Assembly: GCA_950097015.1 (NCBI GenBank)
Contig: CATNEN010000030.1
Coordinates: 3,596,001 to 3,660,000, forward strand
Direction: 5' to 3'
DNA length: 64,000 bases
Origin: Macrostomum hystrix
Taxonomy: Eukaryota; Animalia; Platyhelminthes
Within the stretch, counting starts at the first letter, position 1, and each line of letters opens with the position of its first letter. A program made the translations under genes and the position numbers. Positions 36,742 to 47,503 of the stretch are shown piece after piece. Under the pieces are notes generated by a model. It saw only the letters and a list, made by a program, of their open reading frames with translations, was not told the DNA's origin and made no database searches.

Positions 36742-39700
36742 ATGAACGGCAGCAGCCACAAGCGCGAAGTCTCGCGCAAGCCGGCAGTGTCGTTTGCGCG
36801 CCCGCTGCGAGAATTCAGCGAGTACACCACTGCTCACGGGCTGGGACGCCTGGGTGCTCAGCAGACCTTCATAGGCCATGCAATCTGGCTGCTGTTTATC
36901 GTGGCCACCTACTGCGGCATGGCCTATCACATGTACACCCTGCTTGATCGCTTCCTGGCTGTGCCGCTGCTCACCGGGCTGAGCACATCGCTGCCTTTCG
37001 AATTCCCCGACGTCTACGTCTGCCCGAGCGGCGGCGCCCTCTCCATGAGCAAGATCTCCGAGGCCTACAGCCTCGCCGAGGTGCAGCAGCTGCGCGGCCT
37101 CCGTAAGGCCTGCAATCTGAGCTGCCAGCGGGCGCTCAGCAAGCTGGACATTGCTGCCAGCGACCGAAGCGGGGCCAAAGCTGTGCGCCTTAGCCGAGTG
37201 ATGCTGGCATTGTCGGATACGTTGGCTGCCACTGAGAAATCGGTTATAGACACCTACAGGCTGGACTATATGCGACTGAGTGAGTGCTCGCCCTTCTGCG
37301 AATTTTGAATTTCATTCGCTAGTGAAGTTTTTAATACACACCAAAACACGAATTAGCAATGCGCCTCAGTGCAGCCTTGTAAGCCCGTCACAGGAGCACG
37401 CCTTCATCAACTTCGACTTTGATGGTCACCGACCTTTAGCCCTCAATTACGCCAGCTAATGCCTGTACCCATCTTGCTGTTTAAATAATACCAGTGGAGT
37501 GGGGATTCGAACCACCGAACTTTAGTCGTGAGTCCGATGCTCTGACTACTAGGGGGGTTCACAAACTCGAAATTTCACAACGTCGAAAACTCGAAAAGCA
37601 GCTAATTTCATAAGCTCGAAACTTTACAATACACAAACGAGTACCTTATTAAACAGTAATAACTTCTAATCAATAATAATAATAATAATAATTAATTGCA
37701 CCTGCCCCAATTGGGTCAGATGTGCAGCCGACAGCACAGCCGCAGCTAATGCGCGGCGCATCTGAAGGCTGCGTACAGCTGTTCAGTCCACGGACTGGGG
37801 GGACGCCACACCCACCTTCAATTATCCCAGCTGATGCTGGTACCCATTTAACAGCTAGGTGAACTGAAGCAATGCAGAGTTAAGTGTCTTGCTAAAGGAC
37901 GCAAATTGTTCGAGTGGATTCGGGAATCGAACCCCCGACCTTCAAGTCGTGAGTCCGACGCCCTAACCACTAGGCTACAACCTCTGCTCATTCTAATCAA
38001 TACATTATCAAAATGAAGTACTACTCAGAGCTTTTGTCACATGCTGGAAATAGAAACAAAAATATAACACTTGAATATTAATAGCTTTTGGGTTAGTCTT
38101 CAATTTTAACTGCCGCGCTCTGGACTGTCATAAGATTAGACCAGTAGTGAATATACCTTGGATTTCTTGTGCTTAAAAAATTGCGCTGTTGTGAAATTTC
38201 GAGCTTATAAAGTTTTGACGTTGGGATATTTCGAATTTGTGAAATTTCGAGCTTGTGAAGTTTCGACCTTGTGAAAAAATGCTTTTCGGTGTTGTGAACT
38301 TTCGAGCTTGTGATAGCACCCCACTAGGCTACATCCCCTTGATAGTTCTACTGCTAATCAAAGTATCAGGTTCTATAACCTGGTTCAGTTAAAGAGTCTA
38401 CAGTCAAATTCATTAGAATAGCATTGTGAAGTTAGGTGTTCTATTCATATATCTGCAGTTCTTGACTTCCTCATGAGCAGTGAACAACAAAACACTTTTC
38501 TATTGCAATGCTGCGCTTAAATCCGCAGTGAACCTCACCAACTGTCGATTCACGGAGGCCGGCGAAGAGTACAAAGGCAGTGCGAACACGGTGCCCGTGT
38601 ATTCCAGTAGCCTCACCTACATTGCTAACAAGCCACTCGTCACTTATCAGCAGTGCATGAGCTGGAACAGGGCAGCCGAGCACCTGGACAGATCAAATCT
38701 GCTGGCTGCAAAGGCTGCAGCAGCTGACATCCGGAGGCTTGGATTCCCTGACAGCGAGGACCGGTGCCGACAGCCGCGTGGCCTGCCGCTGTCAAAGCTT
38801 TTCCACTTTGCCACGCGTAAGACTTGAGAGAAGTCTTGCGTAAGTCTTGAATTTGCTTAGCTGTAACTCAAACTAGGAAGTTTTGAAGTTGAACCTTCAA
38901 AGGTACCGTTCATTTGAAGTTGAAGCACAGCTTTGGGGAGAATAACTAATGCTATCTGGTGCATTCCAATTAATGGGCGAACCTAAGAGTTACAGCAAGT
39001 GTTAATTTGTACAGCACAGATTTTATCTATCCATGTGCCTGTACGTATGCCCGTGTGCTTGTAAGTATCGGTGTACTTGTAAGTATCCGTGTACCTGTAC
39101 GTATCCGTGTGCCTTTACGTATCCGTGTACCTGTACGTATCTGTGAACCTGTACGTATCTGTGAAGCTGTACGTTTCCGTGTGCCTGTAAGTATCCGTGT
39201 ACCTGTCCGTATCCGTGTACCTGTACGTATCCGTGTGCCTGTAAGCATCCGTGTGCTTATAAGTATCCATGTACCTGTACGTATCTGAGTGCCTGTAAGC
39301 ACTGTAAGCAAGAATTCATTTGAATGAATATAGTTGTCTCCTTTTCAGATAAAGCAATCTATAACGGATCAATCTAATTCAAGGCAAGCTAGCAATGTAG
39401 CTCGTATATGGCCAAGTAAATATTCTAAACCACCACAGGTCCCCTACAGGAGGTCATGACGTGCGTCAGCAAAAGCGGGCCGGGACCCAAGTTTAACTAT
39501 TCATGTTTCACCACGGAACCGTCGCGCATCACTGTGGAAATGTGCGCCGAGTGCTGCTACGTGAAGAACTTCACCTACATTGGCCTGCAGTATGACCATT
39601 GCTACTGCGACAATGACTATCTGACCATGCCAGTGTCCGACAACTGTGACATTGCCTGCTCTGGGGATGAGAGCCAGCTATGCGGAGGCGACGCTGAGCT

Positions 39701-42700
39701 CAGCGTGGTGCAAGTGCGCTCGTCAGGTGAGCTAGGACTGTGCTTTACGAGATTTTTACCTGAGTTTAACTCTTTAATAGCTATTGGTTGATCCCTAAAT
39801 TCCGAAATTGATTCATTTTGTTTCTTTCCTTTTACCAACTCACTCTTCAGAACTTGTCGTCATAGTTTTGACTTCCTGAATACAAATCTTAGTGTGATTT
39901 TTACGTCATAAGTCCCACAAATCCACAGGTGATAGTCCTTTAATGATTCCTTTCGGCAGCAACATGAGCAGATCATTAGGCGGACCCTACTGCTTTTACA
40001 TGGATGAAGAGGATGGTCTATCAGCTTCCTACTGTGACATTCCGTTTTGCCGTGAGTGACCTGAACATATATTGAGTCTCTATCATTATTAAGTTGCAAA
40101 TTATACCATTTACGCGTTCATAGAAGTTTGTTAGACAAATATTTTAAATGTTCGATGATTTTTATCCATCCAATGCACAGTCACGTCTCTATCTGGCCAC
40201 TTCGTCAACGTGCTCCATACAAAGTGCTACTCGTATTTCGGCAAATATACCGAAATAGGACATAATATTAGGCATGTTTTGCATCAATGTTGACCAAGAA
40301 AGTGTACTCTATAGATACTAACTGTTTCTTATCGGACAGAATTTTGTAGATGTGAAACTACAAGCGCTTCTAAATTCAAAATTAGTCAACATGCCCAATG
40401 ACTTAATCCATAAATTTGTTTTAAGCATCACATGGTCCTATACCTGACTTAGCTGCTTGTTTAGCTGTAGGGTGGGTGGACGCAGTGGGGGAGGCGAGGG
40501 ATTCCGTTAATCGCTACTGGCCCGCAAACAGGTAGAAATTTACGGGACGTGCACCTGTTGGGGTTATCCGGAAGCGTTGTCTTATTAGGTTCCTCTGAAC
40601 CAGGTCCATAGGAACTGGTTGAGCCCGAGTTGGCGTAGCCGGTCTCTGTTAAAGAAAGGCCAGTGGTCGACAAAGTGCTCAGTATCTTCGTTGTCATACT
40701 CGCAAAGGGGGCACAATGCACTCTCTAGGTCAACCAGTGCCCAGTGACATTCGATGACCACGGTGGGATCGGGATCAGGGGTGCAGAGCCCAGGAGGGAG
40801 CCAGAGCCGCCATCTAGGGGAGGTTGCCTGCCAGCTCGTTCTGTGGGATCCTGGGATCTGTTCAGGGATCACCTGAAAAAAACTTTCCAAGTGCAACATT
40901 TTGATGTGCTTTTGCAGCTGCACCACCGTCATACGACTGCGCCGTGAGCGCAGTAGAGGAGTCGGTTGATCGCAAGCAACTATCGGCCTACAGTGGCTAC
41001 ATGAATGTCACAACGAAGGGTCGCGAGTGCATGGTTTGGAGTACTGTGAAAAGAAGAATTGAAGATGGCAGCTTGCGCTTGCTGAATGTGCTCGACTTGC
41101 TCGAGGAGCCCGTTGGAAGTGAGTAGCAGCGTTTCTCGGATTTTTTTGCTATACAAAAGTGCATTTTGGTGGTCCTTGAATGTGTGACCAAACCCGAAAT
41201 GACAAAAATGTGTATTTAGTTACAAGCCATAGACAATTCTGAATAACAACTTTGTCGCAGCTTTGATGACATCCTAACCTGTCGCACACAGCTTACACAA
41301 GTGCCAAGGTGATTGCGCTGCACATTCAAACACCGGACTACGCGCTAAGCAACTCCACTAATTATTGTCGGGCCGTGCGAGTTCTGTTCGACGCTGAAAT
41401 TTTATCCGACGGGACTTCAGTGGTCATGTGAGCGTTGCGTCTTTGCTTTGAAACTAAAATTAACAGCAAATAACTTTTAGCTTGATTTTCCTTTCTTTAA
41501 TCTTGCAGACGAGACACAGCCGTCAATTCTGCTGCACCAGGCTGCTTCTATCTGAATGAAGTTGAAGATCAAGTGTTCTTTGAAATCTGCAATGTGAAGC
41601 CGTGTTGTTAGTAGTTTGCTGTAAACCTTACTATATATATTCCCATCTGTAAAATGCACATAATTAAAACTTTGTCGCTTGTATGTTTTATGGCTATAGG
41701 CAGCTTTAACTGTAGCCCTGTACTATAAGCTAGTGGTAAGAGCTTTAGACTTCTGATGATAAGGTCGGGGGTTCGAATTTGAGTCCAAGGGAAGCAATTC
41801 AGTAATGCTTCAGTTCATCCAGTGGTAAAACTAGTACTGTACACGCCTTTAGAAGCGCCATGCAGCCACTGGCTGTGATTTTTTTTATCTCTCTACCTGT
41901 CTATGCCAGATGAAGCGAGCCCTGGAGTCTCCGGCACCATCCGGGACCGGGTCGGCAGGGCGCTTCTCACTCGACAATTCAGCGGCGGCATGACCATCGG
42001 CTTCACCGACTGTCGCTTCTTCACCAAGCGATGCACTCGTGCAGACTTTGAGAATGTGCAGCACCCGGAGCTGGGCGTTTGCCACAGGTTTGTCAAGGAA
42101 AACTTCGTCGACAAGCTCACCAGATCCCAAGTGGCCGAGGCGCAGCTCGAGCTGAAGTATTTTACGGACTCGTCGGATTCGCTTGGAAGAAGATTTGAGA
42201 ACATCAGCAAGATGTCCGGCGTGGTGCACAATGGACTCCATGCACAGAATGCAGATACAGCTCTCACTGTAAGATCAGCTAGACTTCTGTGGGTCATTTT
42301 TAGATGCGATTGAACTCATCCGTGCTTCCTTTCGCTCCTTCCGATCGATAAAACCAACAATAAATAAAGATTTCTGGGCCAAGGACCATTAGTAGAAGAG
42401 GGAATTCATTGAAGTCCAAATCGACCGCATGTTGAGCAGATAGCTCATGGGTTTGTTCTGAATTACTCCTTTTCGAGTCCACGTGGGATAGCCTCAGAGT
42501 TAGTTTTGAGCACAGAACACGCACTTGCCAACATTAACAGTAGAAAGACACTATTTCCCCCCTAGGGATAGACCACGGGGGATATTTCAAATGCCCACTG
42601 CCTACTTCACGATTTCTCCCAAACCTAATGACCTATTTTCGTAAATGTCCACTGCCTACTTCACGATTTCTCCCAAAACTAATGACCTATTTTCGTAAAT

Positions 42701-45192
42701 GTCCACTGCCTACTTCACGATTTCTCCCAAACCTAATGACCTATTTTCGTAAATGTCCACTGCCTACTTCACGATTTCTCCCAAAACTAATGACCTATTT
42801 TCGTAAATGTCCACTGCCTACTTCACGATTTCTCCCAAACCTAATGACCTATTTTCGTAAATGCCCACTGCCTACTTCACGATTTCTCCCAAACCTAATG
42901 ACCTATTTTCGTAAATGTCCACCAAGACCTTGTTTGTAGGTCACTGTTGTGTATTTTGAGATCATTGTTTATAGTTTTTTATGCAAGTCAACGGCTTCTG
43001 ACTTTGCCTTCAACCATAGACTATTGACTCTTCTTGAGTGATTAATTTCTTGCTGTGTGTGCTAGATGTGCATTGTATAGAAGACAATAGATTTGAATAG
43101 ATGTGTATTGTATTGTATTGTATAGCATTTGTATAGTATTAATTACGAATGGATTAACAACACTTTAGCGTATACAATACACTTCATATATCCCCAATTT
43201 ATATAAATGCTTGAGTGCCTTGTTTATTGCCGGAAGCGAATAGTACAGGTACATCTACTGGTCCACTTGATGTTTGGTTGTATTGATGTGTCGTTGTTTT
43301 AATTTATTTGTCACATTATATCTGATCTGAAAATGTAGCTCATACACTCTAATGTTGCCAATGCAGGTGATCATTGTTCCGGACGGCGTCTATCCTTGGA
43401 CGGCGAACTCAATCTCGGTGAGCCCAGCTCAGAGCAAGGGCGTGCTACTCCGGCATGACAAGACAGTGCGCTTCTCCAAACCGCCAAAGCTTTGCCTAAA
43501 GTCACTACCGCCCGTCACCTATGCGATCACCTCATGGTTTCCGAATGTTTCCAAGGAGGCCGACCTGTAAGAATGCCTTGCAAACTACTACAAGATAATC
43601 GCTAAATCTGATTCAATTCGGCACAATCAAAGTTGCATCTGATTTTCTCAAAATTTCTCACAGACCTGCCAGCTACACTGAGGCGGTTTTCAATGAGTCG
43701 AACTGGAGCGACAAAATTGATAAACTCAAATTGCTGCTACAAGCACTGAGCGCCGCTAAGTAAGACTTCTAGTGATTTCCAAGCTTCTTTAGATTAAGAT
43801 AGACAAGAAATATTTCTTGAAAAGGACACCGAAAATGGACATTAGGTTTGATATAACGCCGCGTTTCGCACTTCAATGTGCATAAAAAATTAATCGCAGG
43901 AGGCTGCTGGCAATGCCACATCATTTGGTGAGATTATACGCGCAGCTAGCGAGGAGGCAATTCTGCCCATTCCGCTGACTCCTGAGCACACTCGCATACA
44001 GATACTGTACGCAGGCACACGCTCACACAGGTGTAAACATCTGCCCTGACTTTCTCATTGTCAGGTAGCTACTATTGACTGTGCCTTGGAGGTTCGCATT
44101 GAAGGTCGTAACTCATGAAACATTTCCTACTTCAACAGAGGCCCAGTTCGGCAATTCAAGGAGTACAGATCAGTCAGCAAGGAGCACTGTATCAACCAAT
44201 ACGTTTTGAAACAATTTATCAGCAATTGCAACTGCCTGCCTTCGTTTCTGCCCATTCCGATTCACCTGGCCCAAGCCAGCCCCCTGTGCTTTAACCAGAC
44301 TGACGCCGAGAGTCTGTACCTAGCTGAGCAGTGCTATAAGAAGCAGCTCGATAACATCGAGCTCTACCGCATGTCGGCTCGCTCGGATTGCCAGCCGCCC
44401 TGCGAGACACCCAGCTATTCCATTCGGGAGGTGGCGCACCCCTGGCCCAGTGTGAAACGAGAGCGAGCCCTCAGCTTCCTGGCCGAGCTGGCCGGCCTGC
44501 ACGGATACCCGAATGATGTCAAGCCCACCAGAGGCCCAGTAAGTTTGTACTACGCCTACCTGCGAGCTCTGGAACTGTCTCGCGTACCGCTGAACGCAAG
44601 AAATCTGTCAGATCTGGTTGACTTCGCCTATGAGATTGATATTGTGCAGGACAGGCTGGCCATGATCACAGTGCAAGCGTCGCAGCAGTTTGGCGATGAA
44701 ATTGTGGAAGAGGAGGCGTACCCAGTAAAAAATCTCTTGGCCGACATGGGCGGTGAGTTCTTGAGTGCACTTGTTGAATTTTTGTGCAGTTAGTGACTAG
44801 AACTTCCGACCCCTGGGAGGTCTGGAGTTCGAAGCTCAGCCCAAGGAAAACTGTTTGTGTTCTGGTGTGTGTGGCTAGCAGCAGCTGTTGCAAGATACCT
44901 GCTCAAGATAGGATAACACGAGCAGGAAATCTCTGTCGCACTGTCAGGCGCCCTAGGCTTGTGGTGCGGTGTCTCCGTGCTTACCATCTGCGAAGTGCTT
45001 GAGCTGTGCAGCATACTTAGCCTAGCGCTGAGTCGTCAACATCCGGGCCTACTCAGACGGCAGTCCAGAGTCAGTCGGGACACTTCAGCCTACACAGTGC
45101 CAGAGCCAGCTCCGCTGCCCTTATCCGAACTTGACGTTCGTACAACCGAGGAGTGGAAGGAGCAAGCCGCTAGCCGACAAGCAGCGATATGA
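36742..45192 (+). CDS. DEG/ENaC-family (amiloride-sensitive) cation channel subunit with a kringle-like / WSC / kringle insertion, about 1036 aa
   Basis: Exons 36742-37279, 38481-38816, 39439-39726, 40918-41118, 41292-41427, 41509-41606, 41910-42268, 43367-43566, 43664-43759, 44139-44752 and 44948-45192 all have GT/AG ends and are phase-compatible; the total is 3111 nt. Family motifs: EFSEYTTAHGLGR (HG motif), TM1 IWLLFIVATYCGMAY, FPDVYVC, CRF...C...DF...HPELGVCHRF, thumb cysteines (C...CNC...C...CQPPC), WPS, and pre-M2/TM2 LLADMGG|ALGLWCGVSVLTICEVLEL. Confidence 0.9.
37553..38322. mobile_element. MITE with GGGG termini, subterminal TTTCGAGCTTGTGAA-like repeats and a 5-bp direct repeat ACTAG
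   Basis: The left end GGGGGTTCACAAACTCGAAA is an inverted match to the right end TTTCGAGCTTGTGATAGCACCCC. ACTAG lies at 37548-37552 and 38323-38327. Confidence 0.75.
37676..37990 (-). mobile_element. Full-length tRNA-derived SINE with a (TTA)n tail and a 12-bp TSD
   Basis: The minus-strand head GTAGCCTAGTGGTTAGGGCG...GGTTCGATTCCC carries Pol III A and B boxes. The tail is (AAT)n on the + strand at 37672-37692. The TSD TTCTAATCAATA lies at 37664-37675 and 37991-38002. Confidence 0.88.
38481..38816 (+). CDS. Exon 2 of the DEG/ENaC gene: kringle-like module 1 (N-terminal half only)
   Basis: NCRFTEAGEEYKGSANT...QQCMSW...DRCRQPRG matches the kringle pattern C..G.G..Y.G....C..W...N.CR.P. The three distal cysteines are not seen. 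Confidence 0.75.
39028..39300. repeat. 18-bp diverged tandem repeat (GTACGTATCCGTGTACCT), about 15 copies, intronic
   Basis: Directly visible. It explains the 39007 and 39027 ORFs. Confidence 0.92.
39439..39726 (+). CDS. Exon 3 of the DEG/ENaC gene: WSC domain
   Basis: TC...ITVEMCAECC...FTYIGLQYDHCYCDND...CDIACSGDESQLCGG...LSV matches the WSC pattern (T+..C...C...Y.GLQY..C.C...C...C.G.....CGG...LS+). Confidence 0.85.
40470..40765 (-). mobile_element. 3' fragment of a non-LTR retrotransposon ORF2 (C-terminal CCHC-like zinc motif)
   Basis: The minus strand reads VTGH, then (after a frameshift) LVDLESALCPLCEYDNEDTEHFVDHWPFFNRDRLRQLG, the TGH...CP.C...E...H...(C)P....R motif typical of LINE ORF2 C-termini. 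Confidence 0.65.
40918..41606 (+). CDS. Exons 4-6 of the DEG/ENaC gene: kringle module 2
   Basis: YDC...YSGYMNVTTKGRECMVW...|...TNYCRAV...|...APGCFYLNEVEDQVFFEICNVKPC: all six kringle cysteines are recovered across three exons. Confidence 0.82.
41725..41880 (+). mobile_element. Degenerate, internally deleted SINE copy
   Basis: AGCTAGTGGTAAGAGC...GGTCGGGGGTTCGAAT head, followed by ATGCTTCAGTTCATCCAG and TGTACACGCCTT, which match the family body. Confidence 0.65.
42589..42923. repeat. 54-bp tandem repeat, about 6 copies, intronic
   Basis: AAATG(T/C)CCACTGCCTACTTCACGATTTCTCCCAAA(C/A)CTAATGACCTATTTTCGT repeated. It explains the 42628 ORF. Confidence 0.95.
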
Positions 45193-45642
45193 GAATCTCG
45201 TAATAGAGTACAATGCGAACTCGCATAGCAAATTAATTATCTGACTGACAATTCCTAAACAGATACTAATGAATACTATGGATACTATTGAAAAGCCTTT
45301 TCTAAACATGTTTTGTTATTATTATTGTCGGATCACGCACGCAATATAAGGTGCTGAATATTTAAGTTATTGGATGATAGGATGATTTTTCAATCCGCTG
45401 TCTCCAATAGGCTGCGAATTGGGCCTCAAAATTGGATTTGTGGGTTTTAGGCGCCCTTGTCTAATTGCTGTTTGGCCTGTTAAGCATTACTTCGCTGCTC
45501 ATTACTAAAATGAACATTAGCTTCATTAGCTGACTAAACCTACTGGCTCCGAAACATGCAGTTTTCTTAAAAATGAAACCCGACATCCACAAACTTAAAT
45601 AGTCTCTATTGCATGGGCGTTCAGAGTTTCTCTTGTAGAAAT

Positions 45643-47503
45643 GATCTTATGGATCTTATGGATCTTATGGATCTTATGGATCTTATGAATCTTATGGATC
45701 TTATGAATCTTATGGATCTTATGGATCTTATGGATCTTATGGATCTTATGGATCTTATGGATCTTATGAATCTTATGGATCTTATGGATCTTATGAATCT
45801 TATGGATCTTATGAATCTTATGGATCTTATGGATCTTATGGATCTTATGGATCTTATGGATCTTATGAATCTTATGGATCTTATGAATCTTATGGATCTT
45901 ATGGATCTTATGGATCTTATGAATCTTATGAATCTTATGAATCTTATGAATCTTATGAATCTTATGGATCTTATGGATCTTATGGATCTTATGGATCTTA
46001 TGGATCTTATGGATCTTATGAATCTTATGAATCTTATGGATCTTATGGATCTTATGGATCTTATGAATCTTATGGATCTTATGAATCTTATGGATCTTAT
46101 GGATCTTATGGATCTTATGGATCTTATGGATCTTATGGATCTTATGGATCATATGGATCTTATGAATCTTATGGATCTTATGAATCTTATGAATCTTATG
46201 GATCTTATGGATCTTATGGATCTTATGGATCTTATGGATCTTATGGATCTTATGAATCTTATGAATCTTATGGATCTTATGGATCTTATGGATCTTATGA
46301 ATCTTATGGATCTTATGGATCTTATGGATCTTATGAATCTTATGGATCTTATGAATCTTATGGATCTTATGGATCTTATGGATCTTATGGATCTTATGGA
46401 TCTTATGGATCTTATGGATCTTATGGATCTTATGAATCTTATGGATCTTATGAATCTTATGGATCTTATGGATCTTATGGATCTTATGGATCTTATGGAT
46501 CTTATGGATCTTATGGATCTTATGGATCTTATGGATCTTATGGATCTTATGGATCTTATGGATCTTATGAATCTTATGAATCTTATGGATCTTATGAATC
46601 TTATGGATCTTATGGATCTTATGGTGGATCTTATGGATCTTATGAATCTTATGAATCTTATGAATCTTATGGATCTTATGAATCTTATGAATCTTATGGA
46701 TCTTATGAATCTTATGGATCTTATGGATCTTATGGATCTTATGGATCTTATGGATCTTATGGATCTTATGAATCTTATGAATCTTATGGATCTTATGGAT
46801 CTTATGAATCTTATGGATCTTATGGATCTTATGGATCTTATGGAACTTATGGATCTTATGGATCTTATGGATCTTATGGATCTTATGGATTTTATGGATC
46901 TTATGAATCTTATGAATCTTATGGATCTTATGAATCTTATGGATCTTATGGATCTTATGGTGGATCTTATGGATCTTATGAATCTTATGAATCTTATGAA
47001 TCTTATGCATCTTATGAATCTTATGAATCTTATGGATCTTATGAATCTTATGGATCTTATGGATCTTATGGATCTTATGGATCTTATGGATCTTATGGAT
47101 CTTATGAATCTTATGAATCTTATGGATCTTATGAATCTTATGGATCTTATGGATCTTATGGATCTTATGGTGGATCTTATGGATCTTATGGATCTTATGA
47201 ATCTTATGAATCTTATGAATCTTATGGATCTTATGAATCTTTTGAATCTTATGGATCTTATGAATCTTATGAATCTTATGGATCTTATGAATTTTATGGA
47301 TCTTATGAATCTTATGAATCTTATGGATCTTATGGATCTTATGGATCTTATGGATCTTATGGATCTTATGGTGGATCTTATGGATCTTATGGATCTTATG
47401 AATCTTATGGATCTTATGGTGGATCTTATGGATCTTATGGATCTTATGGATCTTATGAATCTTATGGATCTTATGGATCTTATGAATCTTATGGATCTTA
47501 TGG
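45643..47503. repeat. 9-bp tandem repeat (ATGGATCTT / ATGAATCTT), about 205 copies
   Basis: Directly visible, with occasional 12-bp ATGGTGGATCTT variants. Confidence 0.99.

Larger units (their letters stand above)
37381..38338 (-). mobile_element. Older SINE copy, split by the MITE (parts at 37381-37552 and 38323-38338)
   Basis: GGGGATTCGAACCACCGAACTTTAGTCGTGAGTCCGATGCTCTGACTACTAG | GCTACA rejoins into the same tRNA-like head as the inner copy (…GTCGTGAGTCCGACGCCCTAACCACTAGGCTACA). Confidence 0.7.

Noticed and set aside
37900-37990. tRNA gene (also at about 41725 and 57600)
   Set aside because: A and B boxes are present, but the acceptor and anticodon stems do not pair properly and the head continues into a shared SINE body with a tail and TSD.
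38931-38986. Missing second half of kringle 1 (in-phase ...NAIWCIPINGRT)
   Set aside because: It has an in-frame TAA at 38984 with no donor before it, so the WC match may be chance.
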